This document shows positions 1 to 9,933 of a stretch of DNA of 26,846 nucleotides, piece by piece. Below the pieces are notes generated by a model. It saw nothing but the letters and a program-made list of their open reading frames with translations, had not been told where the DNA came from and did not search any database. The stretch's first letter is position 1. Each line of letters starts with the position of its first letter. Source of the DNA: an uncultured Thermococci archaeon (GTDB lineage: Archaea; Methanobacteriota_B; Thermococci; Thermococcales; Thermococcaceae); the NCBI GenBank assembly GCA_964615185.1, contig CAZTOS010000019.1, positions 1-26,846 of the forward strand, read 5' to 3'. Both the position numbers and the translations under genes were made by a program.

Positions 1-564
1 GGCTTTTATGCTGTATGTGTAAATCCCTATCGCGTAAAGCTAGCAAAGGAACAATTGAAAGACACTAATGTAAAAGTTGCATCTGTTATCGGCTTCCCAT
101 TAGGTGCAACATCCACAGAGGTCAAGGTTTTTGAAGCAAAAAAAGCTCTCGAAGACGGTGCTGATGAGCTTGATATGGTCATAAACATTGGGGCATTGAA
201 AGATCGAGATTATGATTACGTCAAGAGGGACATAGAAGAGGTTGTTAGAGTTGCTCACGAAAAAGGAGCTATAGTGAAGGTAATCATTGAGACGTGCTAT
301 CTAACAGATGAGGAGAAAGAAATGGCTTGTAAGCTGGCAATGGAAGCGGGGGCTGACTTTGTAAAGACTTCAACAGGCTTTGGAAGGGGAGGAGCCACGG
401 TGAAGGATGTTAAACTGATGAGAAAGGTTGTTGGGGACAAGCTTGGAGTTAAAGCTGCTGGAGGAATCAGAACATATGAGCAGGCTTTAGAAATGATAAA
501 AGCTGGGGCAAACAGAATCGGCACATCAAGTGGAGTAAAAATTGTGGAAGGAATAAAAGAGTGA
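1..564 (+). CDS. deoC: Deoxyribose-phosphate aldolase (5' end outside window)
   Basis: Frame is open from base 1 ([19 protein letters not shown]...). Motifs [35 protein letters not shown] and RIGTSSG are present. Confidence 0.97.
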   Translation, partial: GFYAVCVNPYRVKLAKEQLKDTNVKVASVIGFPLGATSTEVKVFEAKKALEDGADELDMVINIGALKDRDYDYVKRDIEEVVRVAHEKGAIVKVIIETCYLTDEEKEMACKLAMEAGADFVKTSTGFGRGGATVKDVKLMRKVVGDKLGVKAAGGIRTYEQALEMIKAGANRIGTSSGVKIVEGIKE

Positions 565-621
565 AGCATCAAAAATCCATGAACTCCTTCTTAAAGAAAA
601 ATGGGGGAGGACTGCGAAAGT

Positions 622-1224
622 TTAGGTTTGGATCAAATTCATGATATCTGGGTATCCTCTTTTTATTATATACCCCAATCCTCCACCCACAATTATTCCA
701 CTGACAGCTTGAAGTGTATTTCCTGGAACTTCAACGAGTGCACTTGGATAACCATAGAAGAATACTTCAACAAGAAAGTATCCAAAGACCATGATGAACC
801 CGCCAATTATGGTCCCTATGAGTATCCCAGTAAAATCTTCTCTTTTGTATGTTATGTATCCGACAACCAAGCCTTCAAGTCCCTTTATTACCAACGTGAA
901 TGGTGCCCAGTGGGCATAACCTGTAATCGCATCTGCCAAAGCCGAACCAAACCCTCCGGCGAATGCTCCCACAAGAGGGCCAAACAGCACACCGCTTAGC
1001 ATGACCATTGTGTCTCCAAGGTTAATGTATCCCCTTGTTGGTGGTGTCGGGACTTGAATTACAATTGTTGCAACTGTGACTAAAGCGGTCATGACAGCGG
1101 AAATTGCGACAACTTGGGCTTTTTTGAACTCTTCTTTTTTAATTACAAAAATATAAGCGAAATATATTAAAACAGCAAGTGCAAGGATAGGTTTGGCGTA
1201 TGCTCCAATAGCTTCAAACTGCAT
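622..1224 (-). CDS. ECF transporter S component (substrate-binding membrane subunit), substrate unknown
   Basis: GYINLGD..V.L.G.LFGP..GAFAGG.GSALAD signature, multiple TM helices, GGAGGGG RBS upstream. Confidence 0.88.
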   Translation of the reverse strand: MQFEAIGAYAKPILALAVLIYFAYIFVIKKEEFKKAQVVAISAVMTALVTVATIVIQVPTPPTRGYINLGDTMVMLSGVLFGPLVGAFAGGFGSALADAITGYAHWAPFTLVIKGLEGLVVGYITYKREDFTGILIGTIIGGFIMVFGYFLVEVFFYGYPSALVEVPGNTLQAVSGIIVGGGLGYIIKRGYPDIMNLIQT

Positions 1225-1248
1225 ATTTCACCCCTCCACTTTATTGAT

Positions 1249-1284
1249 AATTTCAAGTTAAAACTTGAAATTGATATTTATAAA
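1249..1284 (-). promoter_or_regulatory. TATA box (TTTATAAA 1277-1284) with an 11-bp-arm palindrome (1249-1272) over the predicted transcription start of the ECF S gene
   Basis: AATTTCAAGTT-AA-AACTTGAAATT is a perfect inverted repeat between the TATA box and the start codon. Confidence 0.7.
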
Positions 1285-1326
1285 GATTTTTATGTTCTAC
1301 AAGGATTTTGAAAAAAGAAGAGAAAG

Positions 1327-2664
1327 TCACTTAAGAGCAACTTTAAGAGCTTCTTCAAAAATCTCCATGGCGATATCGATTTCTTCTTTGGTAACAATCA
1401 ATGGTGGAATGAATCTCAGTGAATTGTCACCACAACCAAGGAGGATTAGTCCCCTCTTTGCAGCTTCCTTAACGACTTTGTTTCTAACCTCTGGGTTCTT
1501 CTCCTTTGTATCCTTGTTTTTGACGAACTCTACTGCTTGAGCTAAGCCAAGACCTCTTGCATCGCCAATAACTTCATATTTCTCCTCAAACTCCTTAAGT
1601 CTCTGGTGTAAGTAGTCACCAACCTCTTGGACGTGAGGTAATAACTCTTTGACGATTTCAACGACTTCAAGAGCAGCAGCGATTGCCACTGGGTTTCCAC
1701 CGAATGTTGATGCATGTCTTCCTGGCTTGTCAAAAGCTATGTCAGCTCTGTGCACGACACCGGCTAATGGAATTCCTCCACCAATAGCTTTACCGAACTG
1801 AATTGTGTCTGGTGCGATGCCAAAGTGCTCAATTGCCCAGAACTTTCCAGTCCTTCCAACACCCATCTGAACTTCGTCATCCGCCAACAGTATGCCGTAC
1901 TTGTCTGCAAGTTTCTTGAGTTCCTTGAAGAACTCCTTTGGTGGAACTACGTAGCCTCCTTCACCCTGTATTGGCTCAAAGACAATTGCTCCAACTTCCT
2001 CTGGTGGAACATGCCTGAAGACGTACTCTTCAATGAACTCAATGACTCTGTTCACGAGCTCCTTTGGATCGGCATAACCGTCAATGTGCCACGGGTTTCT
2101 GTACGGGTTTGGATATGGAACGTGCTCAACGCCGGGCATTGTTGGGAAGAATCTCTCTTGCTGAACCCACTTGCTTGCCGTCAAGCTGAGGACAGCCTGT
2201 GTTCTTCCGTGGAATGCATGGTAGAATGCAATGAATCTCTTTCTTCCTGTTCCGTACTTGACGAGCTTCATCATAGCCTCGTTAGCTTCAGCTCCGCTGT
2301 TCTGATAGACCACTTTCTTTGGGAACTCTCCTGGGGAAATCTCAGCAAGCTTTTGAGCCAAGATTACAGCGTTTTCATAGAAGAAGTCGTTTAATGCGAA
2401 GTGAGTGAACTTCTCGGCTTGTCTCTTTATAGCTTCGACAACCCTTGGGTGGACATGTCCAACGTTAAGAACACCAACACCGCTTCCAAAGTCATAGAAA
2501 GCGTTGCCATCAACGTCGTAAACCATTATTCCCTCTCCTCTCTTGATAACAATTGGCAAGGCATCTGGGTCTTGGGTTGTAACTGCCAGAAGTTCAAAGT
2601 TTCTCTCAATAACCTCTTTTGCCTTTGGTCCAGGTAGTTCTTTAACAACAGGTCTCTTCACCAT
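1327..2664 (-). CDS. Class III PLP-dependent aminotransferase (ornithine/lysine omega- or 4-aminobutyrate aminotransferase family)
   Basis: Motifs [38 protein letters not shown] (PLP lysine) and HASTFGGNP. Confidence 0.95.
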   Translation of the reverse strand: MVKRPVVKELPGPKAKEVIERNFELLAVTTQDPDALPIVIKRGEGIMVYDVDGNAFYDFGSGVGVLNVGHVHPRVVEAIKRQAEKFTHFALNDFFYENAVILAQKLAEISPGEFPKKVVYQNSGAEANEAMMKLVKYGTGRKRFIAFYHAFHGRTQAVLSLTASKWVQQERFFPTMPGVEHVPYPNPYRNPWHIDGYADPKELVNRVIEFIEEYVFRHVPPEEVGAIVFEPIQGEGGYVVPPKEFFKELKKLADKYGILLADDEVQMGVGRTGKFWAIEHFGIAPDTIQFGKAIGGGIPLAGVVHRADIAFDKPGRHASTFGGNPVAIAAALEVVEIVKELLPHVQEVGDYLHQRLKEFEEKYEVIGDARGLGLAQAVEFVKNKDTKEKNPEVRNKVVKEAAKRGLILLGCGDNSLRFIPPLIVTKEEIDIAMEIFEEALKVALK

Positions 2665-2768
2665 TTTGGCTCACCAAAGAAGAGTTGTAGTTATGCTATA
2701 TAATTTTATGCTCATTAGTGAACAGCTTTGTTCGAAAAAGTTTCGGGAAAAAGTAGAAAAAGTTGAAG

Positions 2769-3758
2769 TTAGACACCATTCTTTTCTATCCAGCTTTCAA
2801 TGAATTCCTTTGCAGAGTTTGCTGCAATTGCACCTTGACCTACTGCTACAGCAATCTGTTTGAAAACATTTGTTATATCTCCCGCGGCAAATATTCCCGG
2901 GGCTTTTGTTCTCATGTGCATGTCCACTGGAATGTAACCCCACTCATCCGTGATGCTGAGATGCTTAACAAAATCTGTCTTTGGCTCATAGCCGATAAAT
3001 ATGAACACTCCATCTACTTTCTTTTCAAAGACTTCTCCAGTCTTTACATTCTTAAGCACAACAGATTCAACTTTCTCCTTCCCTTTTATTTCAATTACAA
3101 CGGTGTTTAAAATTGCTGGAATTCCTGTTTCCTTGAAACGGTCTTGGAGAATCTTATCGGCTCTGAACTCATCTCTCCGATGAACCAGTGTAACCTTGAC
3201 ACCAATACTGTGGAGATATAACGCTTCTTGAAGTGCGGTATTTCCTCCACCGACGACTATCACTTCTTTTCCGACAAAGAGAGGCCCATCACATGTTGCA
3301 CAGTAGCTTATGCCCCTTCCCGTAAGCTCTTTTTCCCCAGGAACATTGAGTTTTCTTGGCTCTGCTCCAACGGCTATAATAACAGTTTTTGTCTTGTAAA
3401 CTCGGCCATTCTTAGTGTAAACCATCCAGTAACACTTGCCCTCATAGTATGGGCACTCTCCCTTATCAATCCTCTCGACCTCATCAAAGATTATATCAAC
3501 GTTGTACTTCCTTACCTGATCGTACATCCTTCTATTGAGCTCTGAGCCCCTTATTCCCTCTGGAAATCCTGGGTAATTTTCAATAAGATCTGTCAGTGCC
3601 ATATTGCCTCCAAGATCTTTGCTTATGATTATTGTTTCAAGTCCAAATCTCGCTGCATAAATCGCTGCTGTATATCCAGCAGGTCCTGCACCAATGATTA
3701 CAACATCCCAAGTTGTTTTTTCCTCCTTTCCTTTTGAAAACCCTGTTAAACTGAACAT
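2769..3758 (-). CDS. trxB: Thioredoxin-disulfide reductase
   Basis: GAGPAG FAD motif, CATCDG active site, GGGNTA and HRR NADPH motifs, GIFAAGD. Confidence 0.97.
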   Translation of the reverse strand: MFSLTGFSKGKEEKTTWDVVIIGAGPAGYTAAIYAARFGLETIIISKDLGGNMALTDLIENYPGFPEGIRGSELNRRMYDQVRKYNVDIIFDEVERIDKGECPYYEGKCYWMVYTKNGRVYKTKTVIIAVGAEPRKLNVPGEKELTGRGISYCATCDGPLFVGKEVIVVGGGNTALQEALYLHSIGVKVTLVHRRDEFRADKILQDRFKETGIPAILNTVVIEIKGKEKVESVVLKNVKTGEVFEKKVDGVFIFIGYEPKTDFVKHLSITDEWGYIPVDMHMRTKAPGIFAAGDITNVFKQIAVAVGQGAIAANSAKEFIESWIEKNGV

Positions 3759-3831
3759 TTTTTCCTCACCCCAACACTATGTCAAATTGAACAATTTAAA
3801 AGCATTATTGGACAAATTTGTGTAATCTATC

Positions 3832-4362
3832 CTAAATTAGTTTAACATGTTTATCCAGGACTAAATGAAGCAAATACCCCATAAATGCTGCAAATCCCAC
3901 AAAAAGCCCTTCTCCAAGCTTCAATCCTAAACCATAAACAGTTATTGCAAGGCTTAGTAAGCCATATATGATAGCAAAACTTACTGAGTGTATTATACCT
4001 CTATGTTTTGGCATTGCAGCTGAGAAAATATGCCAAGAAGCAAACGCAAAAAGCACAGCAATTCCCCATGCTATCGTTAGATTTGCCCATTCATACTTAA
4101 CTATAGAAATTTTGCTGAAGTTCAGAAAAGCTGAAATTCCAATTGCAACTGCCACAATTGGCTTTGTTCCCCTGTGAATAAGAGCATCTGGATGATCCAT
4201 GTCCGGCAAGTCGCTTCCTAAGACATAGAATGCATAACCAAGCGCCATTGCCATGAAACTAAGCTGGAAGGGCACATTTAAGTATGCCCTGAGGATAGAT
4301 GCAATTAAAATAGTGAGGGGATATGTGATAATCCCCCCAAGTACATGCTCGTCATAGTTCAT
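3832..4362 (-). CDS. Membrane-bound metal-dependent hydrolase (YdjM/DUF457-like)
   Basis: N-terminal H, LPDMDH, HRGIIHS and HLVLD metal-ligand motifs separated by TM helices. Overlaps the upstream gene by ATGA. Confidence 0.85.
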   Translation of the reverse strand: MNYDEHVLGGIITYPLTILIASILRAYLNVPFQLSFMAMALGYAFYVLGSDLPDMDHPDALIHRGTKPIVAVAIGISAFLNFSKISIVKYEWANLTIAWGIAVLFAFASWHIFSAAMPKHRGIIHSVSFAIIYGLLSLAITVYGLGLKLGEGLFVGFAAFMGYLLHLVLDKHVKLI

Positions 4363-5567
4363 TCACTTTCCTCCCCTTTCTTCTCCTGCTCAAGGAATCT
4401 TCTAACATAGTCTGGGACTTTATAGTTACCTTTTGGATCCCCAATCAGAAATCCTAACCTTATAAGCTCTTCAAGCTGTTCATAAATCTGAATACCTGGC
4501 TTTTTGACTTCTTTTGCAATCTGAATGTAGCTTACTGGTCCTCCATTAAACTTGTAAACTATTGCTTCAACTAAATCTCTGTAATCTTTTGGAATCCTTG
4601 TTAGGTACTCTTCTAAGTTCTTTGGCTCTTCAAGAATTGTTGTAACAACATAATCGTCAATAGGATCAAATTTGTGTTTGCTGGCTTCGCTCAGCACGTA
4701 ATGCAACAGCCTTAAAATTTGTCTTGGATTGCCTTTTCCAAGTTCGTGAATGAGTTTTATTGCCTCTTCGGTAAATGGATAAATGGGATCATCCGTGTCT
4801 CTGATCCTGACTTTATTTAGCCTCTTTTTGACAAGCTCGAATGTCTCCTCAAGACTCATAGGTCTGAGCTTGAATTCGTAATGTAATCTCATGAAAAATG
4901 CTGGGAAAATTTCTGTATATTCCTCGTATGCCTCTGGAATGCACGCAAAAGCGACTATGCATCCAGGAGGCATGCTGCTTATGAAATGCCTCAGCATTTC
5001 AAAAAACTGGATTTTTTCCTGTTCCCTTGCACTCTGCATATTCTCAAGCTCATCAAGAAGGAGGGCAGAATATGAATATTTGCTGAGCTCCTTTGTCAGC
5101 ATTTCCGCTATATCCCTCGATTTATACTCCTGTGTTGAGGATAACATCTTTTCTAAGCGATTAATAAAACCAAGCTTTCTGCTCAAATTTTCTAAGAATA
5201 TGTTTGTTCTGCTTTTTGGTGGCTTCATTGAATTAAAAAGATCGCGGGTAACCTTTAAAATATCATTGGTGTCCACCTTGACGTAGATTGCCTTTCCTCC
5301 TCGTTCACTTATTGCCTTAGCGATACTTTTCAACCTCTGAGTTTTTCCCATTCCTAAAGGCCCAACAATAGAAAATGCAATTGAACTTTTGTTGCCGATT
5401 ACTTCAGAGATTACCATTGATAGCTTCATATCGACCTCTTGATAAACATGAATGCTTTCTATGTCCTCGATGCCTTCACTTGCCAGTTCTCCAAATGGAT
5501 TTCTTGACAGACCATAGACCTCATAGGAAGGAGAGGGATAAACTTTAAGTGTACTTGACTTTTCCAT
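4359..5567 (-). CDS. AAA+/P-loop ATPase with C-terminal winged helix, function unknown
   Basis: Walker A GPLGMGKT, Walker B LLLDE, sensor-2-like GNPR, C-terminal wHTH-like segment. Start placed at ATG 5567 after GGTGG RBS. Confidence 0.85.
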   Translation of the reverse strand: MEKSSTLKVYPSPSYEVYGLSRNPFGELASEGIEDIESIHVYQEVDMKLSMVISEVIGNKSSIAFSIVGPLGMGKTQRLKSIAKAISERGGKAIYVKVDTNDILKVTRDLFNSMKPPKSRTNIFLENLSRKLGFINRLEKMLSSTQEYKSRDIAEMLTKELSKYSYSALLLDELENMQSAREQEKIQFFEMLRHFISSMPPGCIVAFACIPEAYEEYTEIFPAFFMRLHYEFKLRPMSLEETFELVKKRLNKVRIRDTDDPIYPFTEEAIKLIHELGKGNPRQILRLLHYVLSEASKHKFDPIDDYVVTTILEEPKNLEEYLTRIPKDYRDLVEAIVYKFNGGPVSYIQIAKEVKKPGIQIYEQLEELIRLGFLIGDPKGNYKVPDYVRRFLEQEKKGEESE

Positions 5568-5632
5568 TTTACCCACCAAGTTTAAGTTTTAAATCATAGA
5601 GATATAAAAGCTTGTTCATAGGGGGTGGAAAA

Positions 5633-6127
5633 ATGACAACGTTACTCGTCACTGTGCCTTCGGGCAGGGAAGGAGATGCCTCTCTTGAGTTGGAATGGGC
5701 ATTAGGTGATGTCAAAATAAGGAGGACAAGATGGAGAGGGGTTTTAATCGTTAAGACTAACTTGAAAAAAGAGGAAGCCTTAAGAATTCTAAAGGACTTT
5801 GAAACAACTGCAATTTTTAAGATTGTTCCCCTTGAGAAGTTTGTCAGAAGCAAAAAAGAAGATATAATCGAAGAAGGATTTAAACTTTCAAAAGCCAGGA
5901 TTAAAGAGGGAGAAAGCTTTGCCGTTCGTTGTAAGAGAAGAGGTAACTGGATACGCTCAAGCAAGGAAATAGAGATTGAGCTTGGTGCAAAGATCAAGGA
6001 GAACTTGAATGCCGTGGTAAACTTGGACAATCCCAACTGGTATGTGTGGATTGAGGTCTTAGGAAACAAAACTGCAATAAGCGTCATAAGGCCAGAGGAA
6101 ATAATTAAAAAAGAGGTTGAGCTTTAG
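5633..6127 (+). CDS. Stand-alone THUMP-domain RNA-binding protein (Tan1/THUMPD1-like)
   Basis: SFAVRCKRRG...S.EIEIELG...VNLDNPNW.V.IEV pattern. ATG 5633 follows a GGGGGTGG RBS. Confidence 0.9.
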   Translation: MTTLLVTVPSGREGDASLELEWALGDVKIRRTRWRGVLIVKTNLKKEEALRILKDFETTAIFKIVPLEKFVRSKKEDIIEEGFKLSKARIKEGESFAVRCKRRGNWIRSSKEIEIELGAKIKENLNAVVNLDNPNWYVWIEVLGNKTAISVIRPEEIIKKEVEL

Positions 6128-6597
6128 GCAATTGGTTCAATTATAAGGTGGGTTATTGTCTCTCTGACTCCATCAATCGAGGATACCTTGTCGAGAATTT
6201 CTTCAAATCTTGTCCTGTCAACTTCAATCACTATGTCTATGTTTCCGGTAACCCTATATGCCCTTATTCCGTTGAGTTCCTTTATCTCCTCATAGACTTC
6301 TTTTCTTTTTGTTGGATCTATTTTTACAAAGATAAAAGCTTTGTTGCTTTTGCCATTCTCAAGAAGCTTGACTGCTTTTCTGGTCAAATCTATGAATCCT
6401 CTTCCTGTTCTTATATATCCGATCTCTTTTAAGGTCTTCAGATGAAAGCTCAATGCCTGTCTCGTAACTTTGAGTTCTCTTGCAAGTTCTTCTTGGCTTT
6501 TTTCAACAGTATAAACCTCAACAGGTTTTCCTTCATTATATAGCTTTCTTAAAAGCTCAATTTGTTTTGATGTAAGCTTCACATTCTCCTCCATCAT
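6124..6597 (-). CDS. Lrp/AsnC-family transcriptional regulator (HTH + RAM domain)
   Basis: HTH SQEELARELKVTRQALSFHLKTL; RAM motif YRVTGNIDI...DGVRETITH. Start is ATG 6597 or 6594. Confidence 0.9.
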   Translation of the reverse strand: MMEENVKLTSKQIELLRKLYNEGKPVEVYTVEKSQEELARELKVTRQALSFHLKTLKEIGYIRTGRGFIDLTRKAVKLLENGKSNKAFIFVKIDPTKRKEVYEEIKELNGIRAYRVTGNIDIVIEVDRTRFEEILDKVSSIDGVRETITHLIIEPIA

Positions 6598-6674
6598 TCT
6601 CACCTCTCATTTGTCAAGTCATGAACTTCACATTATCCTCGGATTTTTTGTATAAAACTCTTTTTCACAGCTTA

Positions 6675-6691
6675 GTTTTTAACAAAAGGTT
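6675..6691. promoter_or_regulatory. Extended SurR-type site GTT-n3-AAC-n5-GTT upstream of the Lrp gene promoter
   Basis: GTTtttAACaaaagGTT, about 18 bp upstream of a minus-strand TATA-like TTTTATAC (6650-6657). Confidence 0.65.
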
Positions 6692-6763
6692 AAAATATTT
6701 GAAATATCGCAAAATAAAGCCTTATCATGGCTTTTTTGTAAACTGATTTGTATGCTTTGAACT

Positions 6764-6783
6764 ATGCAAGTAAATACTTGCAT
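6764..6783. promoter_or_regulatory. Perfect palindrome ATGCAAGTA-AA-TACTTGCAT; candidate operator or hairpin downstream of queC
   Basis: 9-bp arms with a 2-nt spacer, intergenic. Confidence 0.55.
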
Positions 6784-6846
6784 TTGTAAATAGTTTTGTT
6801 AACCTTTCTAAGTTCCAGTAAGTATCAAAAGAGCAGAAGAGGGTGT

Positions 6847-7566
6847 TCAAATCTTAGGCTCAACGGCATAAACTGTCTTGTCCTCTCCAATTCCCGCGAT
6901 TAGTCCGTGATGCCTCCTTACACAGCTCTCACATTCCCCACAGTGGATTGGCTTCCCATCTTCTGTAAACCCTTTTGGCATGTAACATGAGTTTGAGTAC
7001 TCATACTTTGCATTCAGCTCTTTCAAAAGCTTTGCAATACCTTTTTTATCAAGATTTATCAGAGGTGCAACGACTTTGACATCACTAAGTGTTCCATACT
7101 TTAGCATTTCGTTCATCTTTTCAACGAATTCTGGTGTGTTGTCTGGGAAAGTTGCTCCTTCCTCTGCGTTGAAGCCCACTATAATGTCTCCTCCACCAAG
7201 TGCATCCAAAAGTGATGCCGCCACAGAGATTAACACCACATTTCTCGCTGGAACCCAAACGCTTTTAGCTGTTTCTTGAGCTTTTCCCATGTTTTCTAAA
7301 TCCTTTGCTGTGACCTTTGGTGTTTCTCCTCCAACCAGTGCAGTTCCTCTAAGCTTGGAAAACTCTTCTAAGAAGTCAAGTTTGATAATTTTAAGTGGAA
7401 TGTTCAGCTCTTTTGAGAAGAACTCCGCTACCTTGTTTGTTGCTTTCTCCTCGTTGCTGCCATAATTCATCGTGAGCATGATAGCTTCATCATAATTTTT
7501 CTTTGCCCAATATAGGCAAGCTGTTGAATCTAAGCCACCGCTAAATAAGACAACTGCTCTTTTCAT
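6847..7566 (-). CDS. queC: 7-cyano-7-deazaguanine (preQ0) synthase, archaeosine pathway
   Basis: SGGLDS PP-loop, VPARN, FPD, SCY...CGECESC zinc site. Confidence 0.95.
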   Translation of the reverse strand: MKRAVVLFSGGLDSTACLYWAKKNYDEAIMLTMNYGSNEEKATNKVAEFFSKELNIPLKIIKLDFLEEFSKLRGTALVGGETPKVTAKDLENMGKAQETAKSVWVPARNVVLISVAASLLDALGGGDIIVGFNAEEGATFPDNTPEFVEKMNEMLKYGTLSDVKVVAPLINLDKKGIAKLLKELNAKYEYSNSCYMPKGFTEDGKPIHCGECESCVRRHHGLIAGIGEDKTVYAVEPKI

Positions 7567-8468
7567 TTTTGCTCCTCCAAAGCTATTCCAATTATCTCTT
7601 CTATGCTATTAAATCCCTCCTCATTTAAAAATCTCTCTATTCCTTCGTTGATTTCTTTAAAAACTTTAAATCCTCTCAACGAGACTGCAGTTCCAATCTG
7701 CAGAGCCTTTGCACCTGCCATTAAGAATTCAACTGCATCTTGCCATGTTGTTATCCCTCCAATTCCAATGATGTCAATATCCAGAGCTTTTGCCAAATCA
7801 TAAACAGCTCTCAGGGCGATTGGCTTAATCCCTGGTCCAGAATAACCTCCAACTTTATTGCTTAAAATTGGCTTTTTCGCATAAATGTCGATTGCAATAG
7901 CTTTGATAGTGTTAATTGCGGAGACCGCATCAGCTTCTGCTCTTTCTGCTGCCAGCCCGATTTTTGCTATATCATCGATGTTTGGAGTCAGCTTTGCTAT
8001 CACTGGCTTATCTGTTGCATCTTTGACAGCTTTAACAACCTTGTACACCATCTCCGGGTTCTGTCCAATTTCCATGCCGTAACCTTTAGCATGAGGGCAA
8101 CTTAAGTTGAGCTCAAAGGCATCTGCAACTTCACTCAGCTTTTCAGCTAAGAATGCAAACTCTCTCTCGTCTTTTCCGAAGATTGACACTATTACGGGGA
8201 AATCAAATTTCTCATTTTTGAATTCTTCATAAAACGCCTCCCAACCGGGGTTTGGAAGTCCCATAGCGTTAATCAGACCGTAAGGAAGCTCAACTATCGT
8301 GGGATTATCGTAGCCTTTTCTCGGCTCAATCCCAATTGATTTTGTCACAACAGCTCCAGCTCCTTCTTTGTATGCTCGCCTAAGCAGGTCTGGAGTCATA
8401 TCTGCGACACCAGAAGCCAAGATGAGAGGATTCTCGAGTTTAAGTTTAGTAACTTTAATGCTCAGCAT
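7563..8468 (-). CDS. pyrD: Dihydroorotate dehydrogenase family 1, catalytic subunit
   Basis: [38 protein letters not shown] and IGIGGI motifs. Confidence 0.97.
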   Translation of the reverse strand: MLSIKVTKLKLENPLILASGVADMTPDLLRRAYKEGAGAVVTKSIGIEPRKGYDNPTIVELPYGLINAMGLPNPGWEAFYEEFKNEKFDFPVIVSIFGKDEREFAFLAEKLSEVADAFELNLSCPHAKGYGMEIGQNPEMVYKVVKAVKDATDKPVIAKLTPNIDDIAKIGLAAERAEADAVSAINTIKAIAIDIYAKKPILSNKVGGYSGPGIKPIALRAVYDLAKALDIDIIGIGGITTWQDAVEFLMAGAKALQIGTAVSLRGFKVFKEINEGIERFLNEEGFNSIEEIIGIALEEQK

Positions 8469-8568
8469 CTTTTACACCTAAGGGTCAAAAGAAGTGATAG
8501 GTTATTAAGGTTTTTGCCTGAAAAATGAGAAACCTTGCTTTCCAAGCGTTGCTCCCACTTCTGCTTGA

Positions 8569-8958
8569 CTACTTATGAACTAACATGATGAAAGCCAAGA
8601 GGTTTTGAAATGCAAAAAAGAGCAAAATAATAACTGTAACTCCAGCGCCAACGTTAATGAGTGCGTTTACTTCTCTTAGATTTTTGATTTTTGAATCAGC
8701 TTTCAATAGGGTGTATGTAAGGATGGAGAATAATACAACTCCAAAAATCCAGAGCTTATATGAAACGGGTACAAGAAGCCAGAGGAAGTTTACAAAGACA
8801 TGAAAAAGAGGAGAGAAGGGTATGTGATTTGGATCGTGGAGATAGTGCAGGTAATCTTGGACAAAGCTTATTATCCTTAAGGTCATGGAAGTTAAAAAGT
8901 AGCTGAAGGCAATGTATTGTATTTTGAATTTACACCAATCCATGATTATCATCTTCAT
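8569..8958 (-). CDS. Hypothetical small membrane protein (3-4 TM)
   Basis: 129-aa hydrophobic ORF filling an AT-rich gap, TATA-like TATAATAA upstream. No family recognised and start uncertain. Confidence 0.6.
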   Translation of the reverse strand: MKMIIMDWCKFKIQYIAFSYFLTSMTLRIISFVQDYLHYLHDPNHIPFSPLFHVFVNFLWLLVPVSYKLWIFGVVLFSILTYTLLKADSKIKNLREVNALINVGAGVTVIILLFFAFQNLLAFIMLVHK

Positions 8959-9090
8959 GGTAGTCTAAATGTTTTTAAGTTTTTTATTATATTTTTAGGG
9001 TAACATTTAATCTAATCGTAAAAGAAAGAAGAAAAAAGAAGACGAAACATAAGTTCGAAACCAATAGAGAGATGGAGTTAGTCTCTAAAC

Positions 9091-9443
9091 TCAATATTTA
9101 CAGGATCTACTTCTGCCTATTTCTCCCATCTTATTGCTTAACCAAAGAACAAAGATGGCTAAAATACCGAGAAATGGGTATTTATCTCTAAATTCGATCT
9201 CAAAGTTCAGGAAAATTATTAATCCAAAGCATAGAAGTGCACTAGGAATTCCCTTTTGCTCATCAAGGAAAATTGCAAATAGGGAGTAGATTCCCAAAAT
9301 CATTGAAACAATATACAGGAGAACCTGCCAGATACGGAGTCTGGGTTAATCCATAAGATCGCCATAACTGTCATTAGGTTAAGAAGGAGAAAAAATAAAA
9401 TAAAGAGTTTTATAACGAATCCTAATATACTTTTCAGTTCCAT
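9091..9443 (-). pseudogene. Frameshifted small membrane protein gene (~117 aa if one base is restored)
   Basis: GGTGGT RBS then ATG 9443 reads MELKSILGFVIKLFILFFLLLNLMTVMAILWINPD... and stops near 9300. A second frame opens at 9345 (RIWQVLLYIVSMILGIYSLF...) and runs to 9091. Confidence 0.7.
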
Positions 9444-9537
9444 GATGTATACCACCATTTCTTGCTCATGCTTGGATTTGAATCAACAGTGTCCATAGGA
9501 TGATTCTATGTGTTGCTTAAATAACTTGTCTTCACAT

Positions 9538-9933
9538 TCATGACTTCCTGAAAAGTAGTTTTAGAGAAATCATTAAACCAACCAGGGTACTTAGGTACCA
9601 TGGCAGAACAAAGAAAAATATACCGCTAAACCCTCCGTTCAATAATCCTTTAAAGGGGACATATGGAAATTCAAGTATTGTAGCTGTACCAAAATATACC
9701 AAGAGAGCTTTTGACGGAAAATTTCCTTTTCTCAAGCTTAAAATTAAGTAAACCTCAATAAAGAGCATTCCGAGAAGGTATAGAAGCAGAAGTTCACTCG
9801 GCATTTTTAGGAATAGTGGGATATTTAAGAAGAAAACTGGAGCTAACTCCAAATCTAGGAAAATTAAAGAACGAAAGGCAAGCCTAAAGGTTATTAGAAT
9901 GGGAAACCATCCTTTAAAGTTTTCACAGTTCAT
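9538..9933 (-). CDS. Hypothetical small membrane protein (~4 TM)
   Basis: 131-aa hydrophobic ORF with GAGGGGG RBS upstream. No family recognised. Confidence 0.7.
   Translation of the reverse strand: MNCENFKGWFPILITFRLAFRSLIFLDLELAPVFFLNIPLFLKMPSELLLLYLLGMLFIEVYLILSLRKGNFPSKALLVYFGTATILEFPYVPFKGLLNGGFSGIFFFVLPWYLSTLVGLMISLKLLFRKS

Noticed and set aside
9053..9061. Single GTTcgaAAC SurR-like site
   Set aside because: An isolated 6-bp-information motif is expected by chance, and it has no extension.
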